A stretch of 60,958 bases of DNA, filler included. It is 4 parts of 4 records of this genome, joined end to end, with 100 filler letters (N's around TTAATTAATTAA, not from the genome) between each part and the next. Parts side by side here need not be neighbours in the genome. Positions count along the whole stretch, not along the records: positions 16,341 to 26,568 come from SRR31156797_17561; positions 26,669 to 34,494 come from SRR31156797_17569; 2 more parts are not named here. The stretch is one strand, 5' to 3'. Position numbers and translations under genes: made by a program. Positions 19,035 to 28,752 of this stretch are shown in pieces. The first letter of the stretch is position 1; each line of letters begins with the position of its first letter. The notes beneath the pieces are model-generated. The model was not told the origin of the DNA. It made no database searches and saw nothing but the letters and a program-made list of their open reading frames with translations.

Positions 19035-20456
19035 TCAGGAAAGGGGGAAGATGCCTTTGCGCTTCAGGGCCTTGTTCAGCCCGGACCGGGTAATTCCCAG
19101 CAGCCTGGCCGCCGTATCCTTGTTGCCGCAGCTCCGGTTCAGGGCCTCCCGGATCAAAAGGGAGGGGCAGTCCTTGAGCCTGGGGATGGCCGTGAGGTGG
19201 GAAAACGGCCGGGCGGAATCGGGCATCAATTGTCTGCCGCCGGTGGGTTGGCGGGTTTCAATGTGCCGCCGGAACACCTCCATGGAAAGCATTCGGCTTT
19301 TGTGGAGGCTGACCGCCTCAAAGGTCATGGATTCGAGTTCCCTGATATTGCCCGGGAACTCATAGGAGGACAAAAGGCTGTACAGCTCCTGGGGCGGGGT
19401 AGGGGGCCTTTTTCCCATTTCCAGGGAGAATTTTTCAAGGAAATAATCCAGAAGCACGGGAATGTCTTCGGGCCGCTGCCGCAGGGCGGGGATATGGATG
19501 TGGTGGGTGGAGAGCCGGAAATAAAGATCCTGGCGAAAGGAGGTCTCGGGCCCCACCGGGCTGTTGGTGGCGGCGATGATCCGGGCCGACGATTCCAGGG
19601 GGGCATCCCCCCCGATGGGATAATATTCGTTTTCCTGGATCAGGCGCAGCAGTTTCAACTGGCCGGCCGTGCTCATGTCCCCGATCTCGTCCAGGAAGAG
19701 GGTGCCGTTTTCAGCCTTTTTCACCATGCCGTGGCGCATGTCTCCGGCATTGGTAAAGGCGCCTTGAAGGTGGCCGAACAGGGTATCGGAAAAAAGGGTT
19801 TCGTCCAGTCCGGCCACATTGACACCGACCATTCTGCCCGGGCAGAGGCTCAATTGGTGAATGGCCTTTGCAATGATTTCCTTGCCCACCCCGGATTCCC
19901 CTGTGATCAGCACCGGTTTCCGGGTCGGGGCAATGGTTTCGGCATATTGAAACAGGGTTCTTAATTTTTTGCTGGCCGTAATATAGCCGGAAAAGGCCCC
20001 TGGATCGGACAGGCGGTCCCCCAGGATTTTCTCCCTGAACTCCCGGTATTCCCTCCGCTCCTGGGTGATCTCTATGGCCTTTTTGACACTGGAGATCATC
20101 CGGCTTTCTTCCACGGGCTTGACCAGATAATCAAAGGCCCCGGCCTTCATGCAGTCCACGGCCGTGTCCACCTGGTTCATCCCCGTGAGGATGATCACCG
20201 GGATATGGGGAAGGGTGCGGGTCAGATGAGTCAGGATTTTCCTGCCGGAGACATGGGGCATGGAAAGGTCCAGTACCACCACTTCAGGGGGCGTTTTTTC
20301 CAGTTCTTCAAATACCCGGCGGGCATCACTGAGGGTTTTTATATGGGTGATCCCGGCGGAGTTGAGGATAAATTCGCATCCGTCCAGGCTTTCGGGTTCA
20401 TCGTCTATAACCAGTACGGGGTTTTTGGGATTGAGCCTGGGGTCTGTCTGGGGCAT
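19035..20456 (-). CDS. Sigma54-dependent response regulator (NtrC family: REC-AAA+-HTH)
   Basis: VIDDE, LDLSMP, GESGVGKE, LFGHLQGAFTNA, LFLDEIG, FRQDLYFRL, FPGNIREL, AARLLGITR motifs. Confidence 0.93.
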   Translation of the reverse strand: MPQTDPRLNPKNPVLVIDDEPESLDGCEFILNSAGITHIKTLSDARRVFEELEKTPPEVVVLDLSMPHVSGRKILTHLTRTLPHIPVIILTGMNQVDTAVDCMKAGAFDYLVKPVEESRMISSVKKAIEITQERREYREFREKILGDRLSDPGAFSGYITASKKLRTLFQYAETIAPTRKPVLITGESGVGKEIIAKAIHQLSLCPGRMVGVNVAGLDETLFSDTLFGHLQGAFTNAGDMRHGMVKKAENGTLFLDEIGDMSTAGQLKLLRLIQENEYYPIGGDAPLESSARIIAATNSPVGPETSFRQDLYFRLSTHHIHIPALRQRPEDIPVLLDYFLEKFSLEMGKRPPTPPQELYSLLSSYEFPGNIRELESMTFEAVSLHKSRMLSMEVFRRHIETRQPTGGRQLMPDSARPFSHLTAIPRLKDCPSLLIREALNRSCGNKDTAARLLGITRSGLNKALKRKGIFPLS

Positions 20457-20460
20457 ATTA

Positions 20461-22047
20461 TTACCTTTTTTTTGGATCACAGGGAAAATCGATGGTCACA
20501 CAGGTGCCGGGGGTGTCCGGGGTAAATTCAAGGTTTCCCCTGTGCCTGTTCACAATATCCCGGGAAATTGACAATCCGAGTCCGGTGCCCCCGGTTTCGG
20601 ACCTGGTGGTGAAAAAGGGATCGGTTATCCTGTTTTCCAGGCCGCCGGGTATGCCCCGCCCCTGGTCCCTTACCCGGATAACCACCCGTCCCTTGCGGCA
20701 GAAGGTGGTTATCCGGATGGCCTGGTCCTTGCGGGTCAGTGCCTGACAGGCATTTTGAAGGACATTGATCACCACCTGTTCCAGTTGCTGGAAATTTCCC
20801 CTTACCCGGGGAAGGCCGGTTCCCGGCTCCCATGAAAATTTTTGGGTGTGCCGTCGGATCATGGTGGTGGAAATGGTCAGCACCGAATTGACCACCTCAT
20901 TGATATCGATGGGCGTGTCGCTTGCCGGCCGCTTGATGGAAAAGCGTTTCAGTTCCTCCACAAAATGCTTGATCCGGTCGGATCCTTTGATGATGTTTTC
21001 AAAGACATCAGGCATTTTTTTTCTCAGGACCGAATACCGTGTTCCCCCTAGTTTAAAATCCCCGGACTGTTTTCCATAGGTATCGAGAATGGGCACCGCC
21101 CCTTCCCAGGCCCGCTTCAGCGGTGAGATATTGGATATGATAAATTGATTGGGATTGTTGATTTCATGGGCCACCCCGGCCACAAGGGTTCCCAGGGAGG
21201 CCATTTTATCGGCATGGAGAAGCTGGCGCAGCCGGATCTGGGCCTGTTTTTCAATTTCCTTGCGTTCATCTATCTCCTTTGACAATGCCCGGACCGAGGC
21301 CCTGAGTTTGGCGGTCATCCGGTTAAAGGCCGCGCCCAGTTCCCCGATTTCATCCCCGGTGGCCTCGTCTGCCAGGACCAAAGGCCCCTGGGTCGATATT
21401 TTCCCGATCACGGATGTCAGCCGTTTCACCGGGAGGATGAGTTTTTCAGAGAGGCGGAAAGAGAGGAAAATCGATATCAACAGCCCTGCCACCGTAACCC
21501 CTAAGGAAAGCAGGGTAACGGAGACCACCCGTCGTTCCAGGTCCATAACCGCCTGGTCATAGGTTTTCATATACCGGGAAAACCTGAGATCGATTTTTTC
21601 CGACACCTCGGATTTAAGGGCCATGAAATTTTTAATTTCCTGGGCGCTGCCGTCCACGGAGCTCAGGCTCATATGATTGAGGATCTCCTTGCCGCTGAGG
21701 TAAAAGGTCTGGAACAGCCGCAGGAGGGAGGGGGCATTTTCCGGCCGGTCAGGATCCAGGGCCTCAAGATTTTCAATGATTTCAAAAAAGGCCAGGGCCT
21801 GCTGGTCGAGAAGGGCGATCCGTGTTTCCCTTTTTTCATTTTCAAAGACCATGGCATCCCAGATATTGGACTGGATCCGGCCGATGAGAACCCCGCCGCG
21901 GTTCACACAGGTTTCTAAGAGATGCCTTTTTTCGGCCATCTCTTTTGCCGCCCGGTTGATGTCCATGAACAGGAAAAGATTAATGCTTCCGGTGGCCAGC
22001 AGCACCACCAGGATGATGAAAAAGCTTTTAAGGATCTTTTTTTTCAT
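20461..22047 (-). CDS. Sensor histidine kinase (2 TM, HAMP, HisKA, HATPase)
   Basis: DEIGELGAAFNRM HAMP, AHEINNP H-box, N-box NVLQNA, DPFFTTR, GTGLGL. Confidence 0.93.
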   Translation of the reverse strand: MKKKILKSFFIILVVLLATGSINLFLFMDINRAAKEMAEKRHLLETCVNRGGVLIGRIQSNIWDAMVFENEKRETRIALLDQQALAFFEIIENLEALDPDRPENAPSLLRLFQTFYLSGKEILNHMSLSSVDGSAQEIKNFMALKSEVSEKIDLRFSRYMKTYDQAVMDLERRVVSVTLLSLGVTVAGLLISIFLSFRLSEKLILPVKRLTSVIGKISTQGPLVLADEATGDEIGELGAAFNRMTAKLRASVRALSKEIDERKEIEKQAQIRLRQLLHADKMASLGTLVAGVAHEINNPNQFIISNISPLKRAWEGAVPILDTYGKQSGDFKLGGTRYSVLRKKMPDVFENIIKGSDRIKHFVEELKRFSIKRPASDTPIDINEVVNSVLTISTTMIRRHTQKFSWEPGTGLPRVRGNFQQLEQVVINVLQNACQALTRKDQAIRITTFCRKGRVVIRVRDQGRGIPGGLENRITDPFFTTRSETGGTGLGLSISRDIVNRHRGNLEFTPDTPGTCVTIDFPCDPKKR

Positions 22048-22053
22048 TTCAGG

Positions 22054-23055
22054 CTAGCCTCCGGGTAAAAGCTCCACAAGATGCCAGCCCGGTCGTGAAA
22101 TCCTCAGCCGCACGGCCCGATACCTTTGCCGGTCCAGAACCAGGTCAAAATTGTTTTGATCCGAGGCAAGGCCATGGCCGATGTCCCTCAGCCCCTTTCT
22201 GGCACTCGATTCCAGGTTGAACTTTTCATCCAGGGGCCTGTTTTCCGAGGCCCTGTCAAGATACCTGTGTTTTCCCGGGCCGGTGATGTTTAAAAGGGCG
22301 GCACATTCCTTGTTCACGGCAACGATATTATTCTTGTCCGACACGATCATCATCAGCCGGTTGTCAACGGACAAAAAACGGTTGACCAGGGCCGTGGTGG
22401 TCATGTCGATGCCCACGGCCCCTGCAAATCCCTTGTCCGTATAGACCGGGGCAATGATCGACACCATGTGTCCCCTTCCCAGGGCATCCAGATAGGGCTG
22501 GGTCACCACGGTCTTTTTTTCCGGATTATGACCGGGATCCACCTCCCTGAAGGTGACCCAGGCCTCGGTTATGTCAAGGCCGGGGGTCAGGTAGATGTTG
22601 GCATTGCCGTAGGGAAAACAGAATAAAACAGATTCGCTCAGGGTCAGGTAGACCGCAGAATACAGATCGGATTTAAAATAGGTTCCGGACAGCAGGGGGC
22701 AGATATCTTCAAGGGCCCTGATTTTGCGGATCAGGTCCCGGTCCACCGGGACCTTTCCCGAGGCCCAGACTTCACAGCTGCCGTCGTCCTCCGGAGTATA
22801 CAATACCGTTTCCTTGTACAGTTTATACCGGTGTTTTCCCTGGATAAAAGGCTGGTTGTCCCCGGCTTTTTCCACCAGCATTCCCGCTTGGTCCTGCAGT
22901 TTCAGGATCTGCTGGTCTGCTTTTGCCATGGCCGACCGGATCCGCTGTGCAATCCCGGCCAGGGGGGCTTTTTCCGGGGCGGAACACCCCGCAACAAGGC
23001 TGAGAATCACCAGGGCAATCCCCGGCCACCAATTTTTATTTTTGAATACCGGCAT
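22054..23055 (-). CDS. Stand-alone Cache-domain sensor lipoprotein
   Basis: Lipobox LVAGC; Cache signature 'PYLDALGRGHMVSIIAPVY...AVGID'; no second TM or cytoplasmic output domain. Confidence 0.7.
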   Translation of the reverse strand: MPVFKNKNWWPGIALVILSLVAGCSAPEKAPLAGIAQRIRSAMAKADQQILKLQDQAGMLVEKAGDNQPFIQGKHRYKLYKETVLYTPEDDGSCEVWASGKVPVDRDLIRKIRALEDICPLLSGTYFKSDLYSAVYLTLSESVLFCFPYGNANIYLTPGLDITEAWVTFREVDPGHNPEKKTVVTQPYLDALGRGHMVSIIAPVYTDKGFAGAVGIDMTTTALVNRFLSVDNRLMMIVSDKNNIVAVNKECAALLNITGPGKHRYLDRASENRPLDEKFNLESSARKGLRDIGHGLASDQNNFDLVLDRQRYRAVRLRISRPGWHLVELLPGG

Positions 23056-23259
23056 CCGTCTCCGTCGGACCCTGTGCCGTCACAAGGCCGACGTCCCCTA
23101 TTTTAAGGTTTTTGCCTGGCAGTTTACAGCCATACATTTGCTTGTCAAGCAGAATCCGGGCGCACTACATCCCCATCCGGAAAAAAAGGTAATCTGGGAT
23201 GAAATTTTAGTAACCGCTCGATTCCTTTTTTGGGGGACTGAACGATCAATATCTTATCA

Positions 23260-23294
23260 AATCAATTCCTTAGAATCATGGCATGCCCCTTGCT
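23260..23294 (+). promoter_or_regulatory. IHF site plus sigma54 promoter upstream of PA2779-like gene
   Basis: AATCAAttccTTA (23260-72) matches the IHF consensus WATCAANNNNTTR; TGGCATGCCCCTTGCT (23279-94) = GG-N10-GC. Confidence 0.75.
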
Positions 23295-23364
23295 ATCCCT
23301 TGCTTTAGAAAAGGCTCCGGGATTAGGCCCGGAGACGACAACCCATTGAAAGGAAAGACTGAAA

Positions 23365-23745
23365 ATGCAGACAACACCCCGGAAATTTTTTATTTATGTG
23401 TTAACGGCCCTGTTTTTTTGCACCTCAACCCTGGTCCCGGCGGCCCGGGCAGGGGTGATCAGCACCACGGCCTATATTGAACAGGACCATAGGCTCACCC
23501 CGGAAAAACTCTCAGCCCTGCTCGACCACAATGATGTCCGGGAACGCCTGGTCTCTTTAGGGGTTGACCCGGATGATGCCCGCCGCAGACTAGCCGGTCT
23601 CAGCCCGGCAGAACTGATGCAAATGCAGGAGAAAATGGATGAGCTGCCGGCCGGGTCAAGTCTCCTGGCCGTTCTCGGCGCCCTGCTCGTCGTTCTGATT
23701 GTCCTGGAAATGGTGGGGGTCACCAATGTCTTCAGTCAATTATAG
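23365..23745 (+). CDS. PA2779-family secreted/membrane protein
   Basis: Signal peptide (ARA-G), 'LVSLGVDPDDARRRLAGLS..EL', 'LPAG' followed by a C-terminal TM; paired with the next gene. Confidence 0.8.
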   Translation: MQTTPRKFFIYVLTALFFCTSTLVPAARAGVISTTAYIEQDHRLTPEKLSALLDHNDVRERLVSLGVDPDDARRRLAGLSPAELMQMQEKMDELPAGSSLLAVLGALLVVLIVLEMVGVTNVFSQL

Positions 23746-23754
23746 GAAAAGAGG

Positions 23755-24687
23755 ATGGTAAGGGGATACCTTGGATTGTTCCTGCTGGCCTGGCTGTTTG
23801 CGGGCTGTGCCGCCTATCCGCCCATTCAATTGGGGGACTACCCCGACCTGAACCAGACCCCGTTTTTTCCCCAAAAGCAGTATCAGTGCGGCCCGGCATC
23901 CCTTGCCATGGTACTTAAAGCCTCGGGTGTTGATTTAAGGCCTCAGATGCTGGTCCCCCTCACCTATGTGCCGGGGAAACAGGGCAGTTTTCAACCCGAG
24001 CTTTTGGCGGCTGCCCGGGCCTTCGGGCGGATTCCCTACCTCATTGATCCCAGCCTAAACGCCCTGGCAGCTGAGCTGTCGGCGGGAAGACCGGTATTGG
24101 TTCTGCAAAACTATGGCCTTGAAACCCTGCCGGCCTATCACTATGCCGTGGTCGTGGGGCTGGAACCGGAAAAGGTCATTCTCCGGTCCGGCACGGTCAA
24201 GCGGCTGACCATGTCCTACAGGCGGTTTCTCATGAGCTGGCTGAGGCCGGGCCCATGGGGGGTGGTGGTCCTCCGCCCGGGGGAACTGCCTGAAAACCCC
24301 GACCCAAAACGCTACCTCCAGTCCCTTGCCGCTTTTGAAACCACCGCCGGCCCCGGGGCGGCAGCGCCGGCCTTTCAAAAAGCCCTTTCCCGATGGCCCG
24401 GCAACAGCCTGATTTTATTTGCCTCCGGCAATAACGCCCTGGCCCGGGACAATCTTGCCCTGGCCCACACCTGTTTTCGACGGGCCCTGGAAGCCCATCC
24501 CGGTCACCTGGGCGCCATGAACAACCTGGCCCATACCCTTGCCCTCCAGGGCCGGTTTGAGGAGGCGGAGGATACGATTCTCCAGGCCGGGACATTGGCT
24601 GAACAGAGGCAATCCCCCTTAAAAGAACAGATTATACTCACCCAGAAAGAGATCCGGAAATTATTGAATTCAAACCACAGGCCTTGA
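23755..24687 (+). CDS. PA2778-family C39-like cysteine peptidase lipoprotein with TPR repeats
   Basis: Lipobox FAGC; QCGPASLAM catalytic Cys; HYAVVVG His; C-terminal TPR-like helices. Confidence 0.82.
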   Translation: MVRGYLGLFLLAWLFAGCAAYPPIQLGDYPDLNQTPFFPQKQYQCGPASLAMVLKASGVDLRPQMLVPLTYVPGKQGSFQPELLAAARAFGRIPYLIDPSLNALAAELSAGRPVLVLQNYGLETLPAYHYAVVVGLEPEKVILRSGTVKRLTMSYRRFLMSWLRPGPWGVVVLRPGELPENPDPKRYLQSLAAFETTAGPGAAAPAFQKALSRWPGNSLILFASGNNALARDNLALAHTCFRRALEAHPGHLGAMNNLAHTLALQGRFEEAEDTILQAGTLAEQRQSPLKEQIILTQKEIRKLLNSNHRP

Positions 24688-24720
24688 TCCGGCGGCGTTA
24701 ATTCCGGCTGCCGGATTTAT
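24687..24720 (+). terminator. Putative terminator hairpin
   Basis: ATCCGGCGGC...GCTGCCGGAT followed by TTAT, immediately after the stop codon. Confidence 0.4.
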
Positions 24721-24939
24721 ACCCTCTGGACTTTGGCAGAGCAATGATAATCCAAAGTGTTTATTGACGGTATAAGCCCATATAATGATAGCAATAAAAA
24801 ATGCATTTTGATAATACTCATCGGCATGGCGTATTATTGGCGGTTTTAACTCAAATTATAAAATCATGGGCAGACCGAGCACAGCGACAGCCGGAAGCCG
24901 TGACCGGAACTTAAAACCCCAGATTGTATCGGACCCAAT

Positions 24940-25845
24940 ATGAAATATCGATTGTACCAAATTGATTCATTTACAAAAAAGCGATTCACCGGCAACCCGG
25001 CCGGGGTTGTTACGAATGCAGACGGCCTGGATGAAGCTGCCATGCAAAAGATCGCCAGGGAGTTGAACAATTCCGAAACAGCCTTTGTGTTCAGAGGAAA
25101 AACAGGTGAATATGACTGGCATGTCAGGTTTTTTACCCCACGGATGGAAGTTCCGATGTGCGGACATGCCACAATCGCTGCGCATTATGCCCTGGCTGTT
25201 GAACAAAAGCTCTCTACCGCAAGGGTGATCCAAAAAGTCGGTGCCGGGTGTCTGCCCGTAGATATTTTACGGAAAAAGGAAAATTATCGAATTATTATGA
25301 CCCAGGGGCCACTCCATTTTAATGCGCCGGTTGATCCGTCACTGGGTCAGCAGATAACAGATGCAATGGGGCTTAATAAGGATGATATGCTCCCGGCTCC
25401 CGTACAGATCGTATCAAGCGGCCACGGAAAGGTATTTGTTCCGGTCAGATCTTTTACTAGCTTAAAAAGGCTGACACCGGACTTTTCCAGGTTGATCGGT
25501 CTAAGTGAGGAGATTCGGTGCAATGGTTATCTGGCGTTCGCGCCTGAATCGCCAATCCCCGGGTGTTCGATAAGCGCCCGCATGTTCGGACCGGCCATGG
25601 GAATTGATGAAGATCCGGTAAATGGAAGTTCAGGCGGTGCATTGGGAGGATACCTGATCCGGCATCATCTTCTCTCAGCCAAAGGGAAACCCAAGGTCAG
25701 TTTTAAAGTGTACCAAGGGTTCAGTGTCGGTAGAGAAGGGGTGGTGGAGGTTGAGATAGAATTGGATGAAAAGGGACAACCGGCCATCGGCCGGATAGCC
25801 GGAGATGCCGTTATTGTATTTATGGCGGAAGTCGAAATTCCCTGA
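24940..25845 (+). CDS. PhzF-family isomerase/epimerase
   Basis: FTGNPAGVV, NSETAF, RFFTP..EVPMCGHATIA, EDPVNGS motifs. Confidence 0.9.
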   Translation: MKYRLYQIDSFTKKRFTGNPAGVVTNADGLDEAAMQKIARELNNSETAFVFRGKTGEYDWHVRFFTPRMEVPMCGHATIAAHYALAVEQKLSTARVIQKVGAGCLPVDILRKKENYRIIMTQGPLHFNAPVDPSLGQQITDAMGLNKDDMLPAPVQIVSSGHGKVFVPVRSFTSLKRLTPDFSRLIGLSEEIRCNGYLAFAPESPIPGCSISARMFGPAMGIDEDPVNGSSGGALGGYLIRHHLLSAKGKPKVSFKVYQGFSVGREGVVEVEIELDEKGQPAIGRIAGDAVIVFMAEVEIP

Positions 25846-25936
25846 ACAATCCCGGCCTAATGTGCCGGCCGTTCACTTGCCTATGTATTGTTCATAATAT
25901 GCGGAGGGGGCCATTAAGACCCCGGGCAGGGGGGGA

Positions 25937-25959
25937 TGGCGCCGGCGGGCCCGGCGCCA
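25937..25959. terminator. GC-rich hairpin between convergent genes
   Basis: TGGCGCCGG-cgggc-CCGGCGCCA, perfect 9-bp stem; no clear U-tract. Confidence 0.35.
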
Positions 25960-25990
25960 GTAGGCCTTCAGCCCGGGGGGGCTAAAACGA

Positions 25991-26383
25991 TTATTGTGCA
26001 AACATCATACTGGTGTCACACAGGACATTGAAATCTTCGTCCACTGCCGTCATTGTGTATCTGCCCTCTTTTACCAGCTTTTTCTTGACAAAGCGGCCAT
26101 AGGACCATTTTGTAAGCCAGGTGCCGTCTTCTTCGGCCAGGGGAGGCGGATCAAGGGCATAGCCGATATCGCTTTCCACCCCGTCCGATGTCACGAACAA
26201 AAGAAACACCTCCTTGCCCGGTGCAAAACCTTTTCCCATAATTTCAATCGTTCCGTTTTTATCGAGTTTAACAATTTCGGCCGCAGTCATTTGAGGCGTA
26301 ATACTGCTGGTGGTGGGGTTCATGCCTGAGCAGCCGGCCAGGCTGAACATCAGGATCACTGCCAAAATAAAAAGTCGTTTCAT
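25991..26383 (-). CDS. Hypothetical lipoprotein
   Basis: Lipobox LAGC; GGAGG RBS upstream of the ATG. Confidence 0.75.
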   Translation of the reverse strand: MKRLFILAVILMFSLAGCSGMNPTTSSITPQMTAAEIVKLDKNGTIEIMGKGFAPGKEVFLLFVTSDGVESDIGYALDPPPLAEEDGTWLTKWSYGRFVKKKLVKEGRYTMTAVDEDFNVLCDTSMMFAQ

Positions 26384-26415
26384 ATTTCCTCCGCTTCATC
26401 TGTCAGTTTATAGGG

Positions 26416-26568
26416 TTAGTTTCGTTTTATCTGCTGCCGTACTCCCTGGAATAATGAGATCAGGCATAGGCCTAAAATCACAAGGGAGATGGGCCGGGTG
26501 ACCAATTGGATCATGAAGGCGCCCACATCCCCGTGAACCAGGGACAAGGACCGGCTTAACTCTCCTTC
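26416..26568 (-). CDS. C-terminal fragment of tripartite tricarboxylate transporter permease (TctA-like), 5'-truncated
   Basis: Not in the ORF track. Reads EGELSRSLSLVHGDVGAFMIQLVTRPISLVILGLCLISLFQGVRQQIKRN*, resembling the TctA C-terminal 'E..L.RSL...GD......RPIS' pattern. Confidence 0.6.
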   Translation of the reverse strand, partial: EGELSRSLSLVHGDVGAFMIQLVTRPISLVILGLCLISLFQGVRQQIKRN

Positions 26569-26668
26569 NNNNNNNNNNNNNNNNNNNNNNNNNNNNNNNN
26601 NNNNNNNNNNNNTTAATTAATTAANNNNNNNNNNNNNNNNNNNNNNNNNNNNNNNNNNNNNNNNNNNN
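26569..26668. other. Artificial contig-joining spacer
   Basis: N44-TTAATTAATTAA-N44. Confidence 0.97.
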
Positions 26669-28013
26669 ACTCATGATTAACCAAATCCTCAACAGATTCA
26701 GCAACCCACCATTTCACAGAGTGGGCACGTTGAATGTCTTTTGTCAATGCTTTTGTTGATTTAAATTGACTAAAATACGCATTATTTATTAAAAGGCTTC
26801 TTTCAATTTTTCCATCAGGTGATATTTTTGTAGTATTTATCATTGCAGCATGTTTCATATTACCACTTGTTCTATTTACTGCTTGTATTTTATTATATTT
26901 ATACTTATAAATATTTTGCAATTCGAATAATTGCTTATTAACAATGTTTGCCATATCAACATTGTTTAACTTTTTATAATCAATCTTTTGAGCCAGACTG
27001 TTATTAACGGCCCATTCCTCTGCCTCTTTAACTGTCTTAGCGGGGACAAATGTAGGCTTGGGTGTTTTAATCACTGGCTCAACTTTCGCCTTTGGTTTAA
27101 CCACAACCGGTGTCTTTGCATCTGGATAAAGCTCTTGAAAGTCCTCAGCCTCTAACATCGTCGTTCCCATTCTACAAAGACAATTCACGGATTCGCCCGC
27201 CGGTAAACGTGGGTCGTGTGGCATTCGTCCTTTGCCCTTGCCAACGCTAAACAATCGTTTCATACCAATAGGTGTTCCACCGTGTGCCGGGTTGGTCAGG
27301 GCATCCATTTGCTGATGAGTAATTCTGTGATTTCGTCCGGGTGAATAATCCGCAATCCAGAACTTTTTCATCTCTGGAAATTCTTCTGATATGGCTTGGC
27401 CTTTGGCAAGGTGCCCGGCGTTCAGCACTCGCATTGTTTCAGTCCGGGCTATGGCTTCGGCTCGGTTTGATGCTGTTTTAAACACGCTCCCGGCTATTTT
27501 CTTCCGGGCCGTATCGTTAATAATAACCCGGCCTATTTCACGAATCACGTCTGTCTGCGACTTGTTTCCCATTATGCCTAACTGAACCTGTTGCATGATT
27601 CCCTGTTGTGCTGTGGTGGAAATGTCTGTAACAAGCTCAGCACTCAAATCTTTGGCAAGGCTCAAATCTTCCAGACTAAAGCCGATAGTGGGAACAGAAA
27701 GGCTTATATCTGCAAGGGGATTTTCAACCAGGTTAACGCCTGCCTGCCAGCCCTGATTTATATTAGCCGTCATGTTTATTTGCATCTGTTGTGTTAGTTG
27801 CTTTGTGGCTGAATCAACGGCCCCCTGTATTTGGGTCATATAGTAGGCATTCCAACCTTGAGACGATGCAATAATATCAACAACTTCCATTCGATATGCT
27901 CTCAGGTCGTTTAATAAAGCCAACGCCGCATCGTCTGGCAGTTTCCGGGCTTTCTTGAGTGCCGCATCAAAGCTCTTTTGATAGGCTAAACGTTTTTCTT
28001 TTGGGATAGGCAT
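26669..28013 (-). CDS. Phage minor head / head morphogenesis protein (MuF-like) with C-terminal extension, 3'-truncated
   Basis: RAEAIARTETMR, KKFWI...HRITH, PHDP.LPAGESVNCLC MuF motifs; then a K/P linker and an extra domain ending '...VNHE' at the contig end. Confidence 0.85.
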
Positions 28014-28303
28014 TAGTGCTTTCTTTCTAAAATTTCCAGTATTCCAGTACTTGTTACAGTGCCATCGTAATATCCGCTTGTTATAACTGTAAAATGTTCA
28101 CAAATTTGTGGCAATATAGATTGAACCAGACTAACCCTTAATTGTTCGTCTGATAAATATGCAACACTGCTTTGAGCTGTTAATCGCACAACATCATATT
28201 TCTTTTCGTGTATTCGTAATTCATCTGTTAGCTTTGCAACATGATAACGTCCATCTAACTTACAGGCTAATAAATTAAGAATTTTTGCTAATTTCTTTTT
28301 CAT
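28013..28303 (-). CDS. Phage hypothetical protein (96 aa)
   Basis: ATG at 28303 after an AAAGGGG RBS; TAATG overlap with the MuF start. Confidence 0.65.
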   Translation of the reverse strand: MKKKLAKILNLLACKLDGRYHVAKLTDELRIHEKKYDVVRLTAQSSVAYLSDEQLRVSLVQSILPQICEHFTVITSGYYDGTVTSTGILEILERKH

Positions 28304-28331
28304 TGAATTCCCCTTTCTTTTGGAATAGGCA

Positions 28332-28529
28332 TTATATTCTACAATCATAAATAGGGTCAATTCGTTTAATATCACTTTCCTTGTATTCTGCATGTTCTGA
28401 AAGAAACAAACTGATCGCTTTTGTTGGCAATACGTTTACATAAGGAAAGGCACCCATATTATCTTTTAGATAAATAGAATATCCAGCAATCTTTTCTGTT
28501 AATTTAATTGTGTCGTTTGTTTTCATCAT
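28332..28529 (-). CDS. Phage hypothetical protein (65 aa)
   Basis: ATG at 28529 after TAAGGA; fits the packed gene array. Confidence 0.55.
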   Translation of the reverse strand: MMKTNDTIKLTEKIAGYSIYLKDNMGAFPYVNVLPTKAISLFLSEHAEYKESDIKRIDPIYDCRI

Positions 28530-28539
28530 ATCATCCTTA

Positions 28540-28752
28540 CTAAAAAAAATAATCATCTGCATCTTTGCGAGTTGGTACGTAATCGTTACAAAGATAAACA
28601 CGTTGTCCTATATTATTGCAATATGGGCCAATTATCGCTTTCCATCCCCACTCTCTTATAAATTTCATTTTACATTTATCACATTTACGCCAAAACAAAA
28701 AAGAATAATATCGCCACAATAAGCTATATTTAATTTCTCTTTCTCGTTTCAT
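28540..28752 (-). CDS. Small Cys-containing phage protein, paralog of 29123-29452
   Basis: YYSFLFWRKCDKCKMKFIREWGW...LCNDYVPTRKDADDYFF; ATGA overlap with the upstream gene. Confidence 0.7.
   Translation of the reverse strand: MKREREIKYSLLWRYYSFLFWRKCDKCKMKFIREWGWKAIIGPYCNNIGQRVYLCNDYVPTRKDADDYFF

Noticed and set aside
18999-19964. 321-aa plus-strand ORF, and many similar 100-300 aa antisense ORFs (e.g. 47360-48301, 56708-57655)
   Set aside because: Shadow ORFs opposite well-supported genes in GC-rich DNA, with no motifs of their own.
24865-24915. attC-like or IS-like remnant upstream of the lower-GC phzF gene
   Set aside because: No RYYYAAC/GTTRRRY core pair, no clear inverted arms and no integrase.
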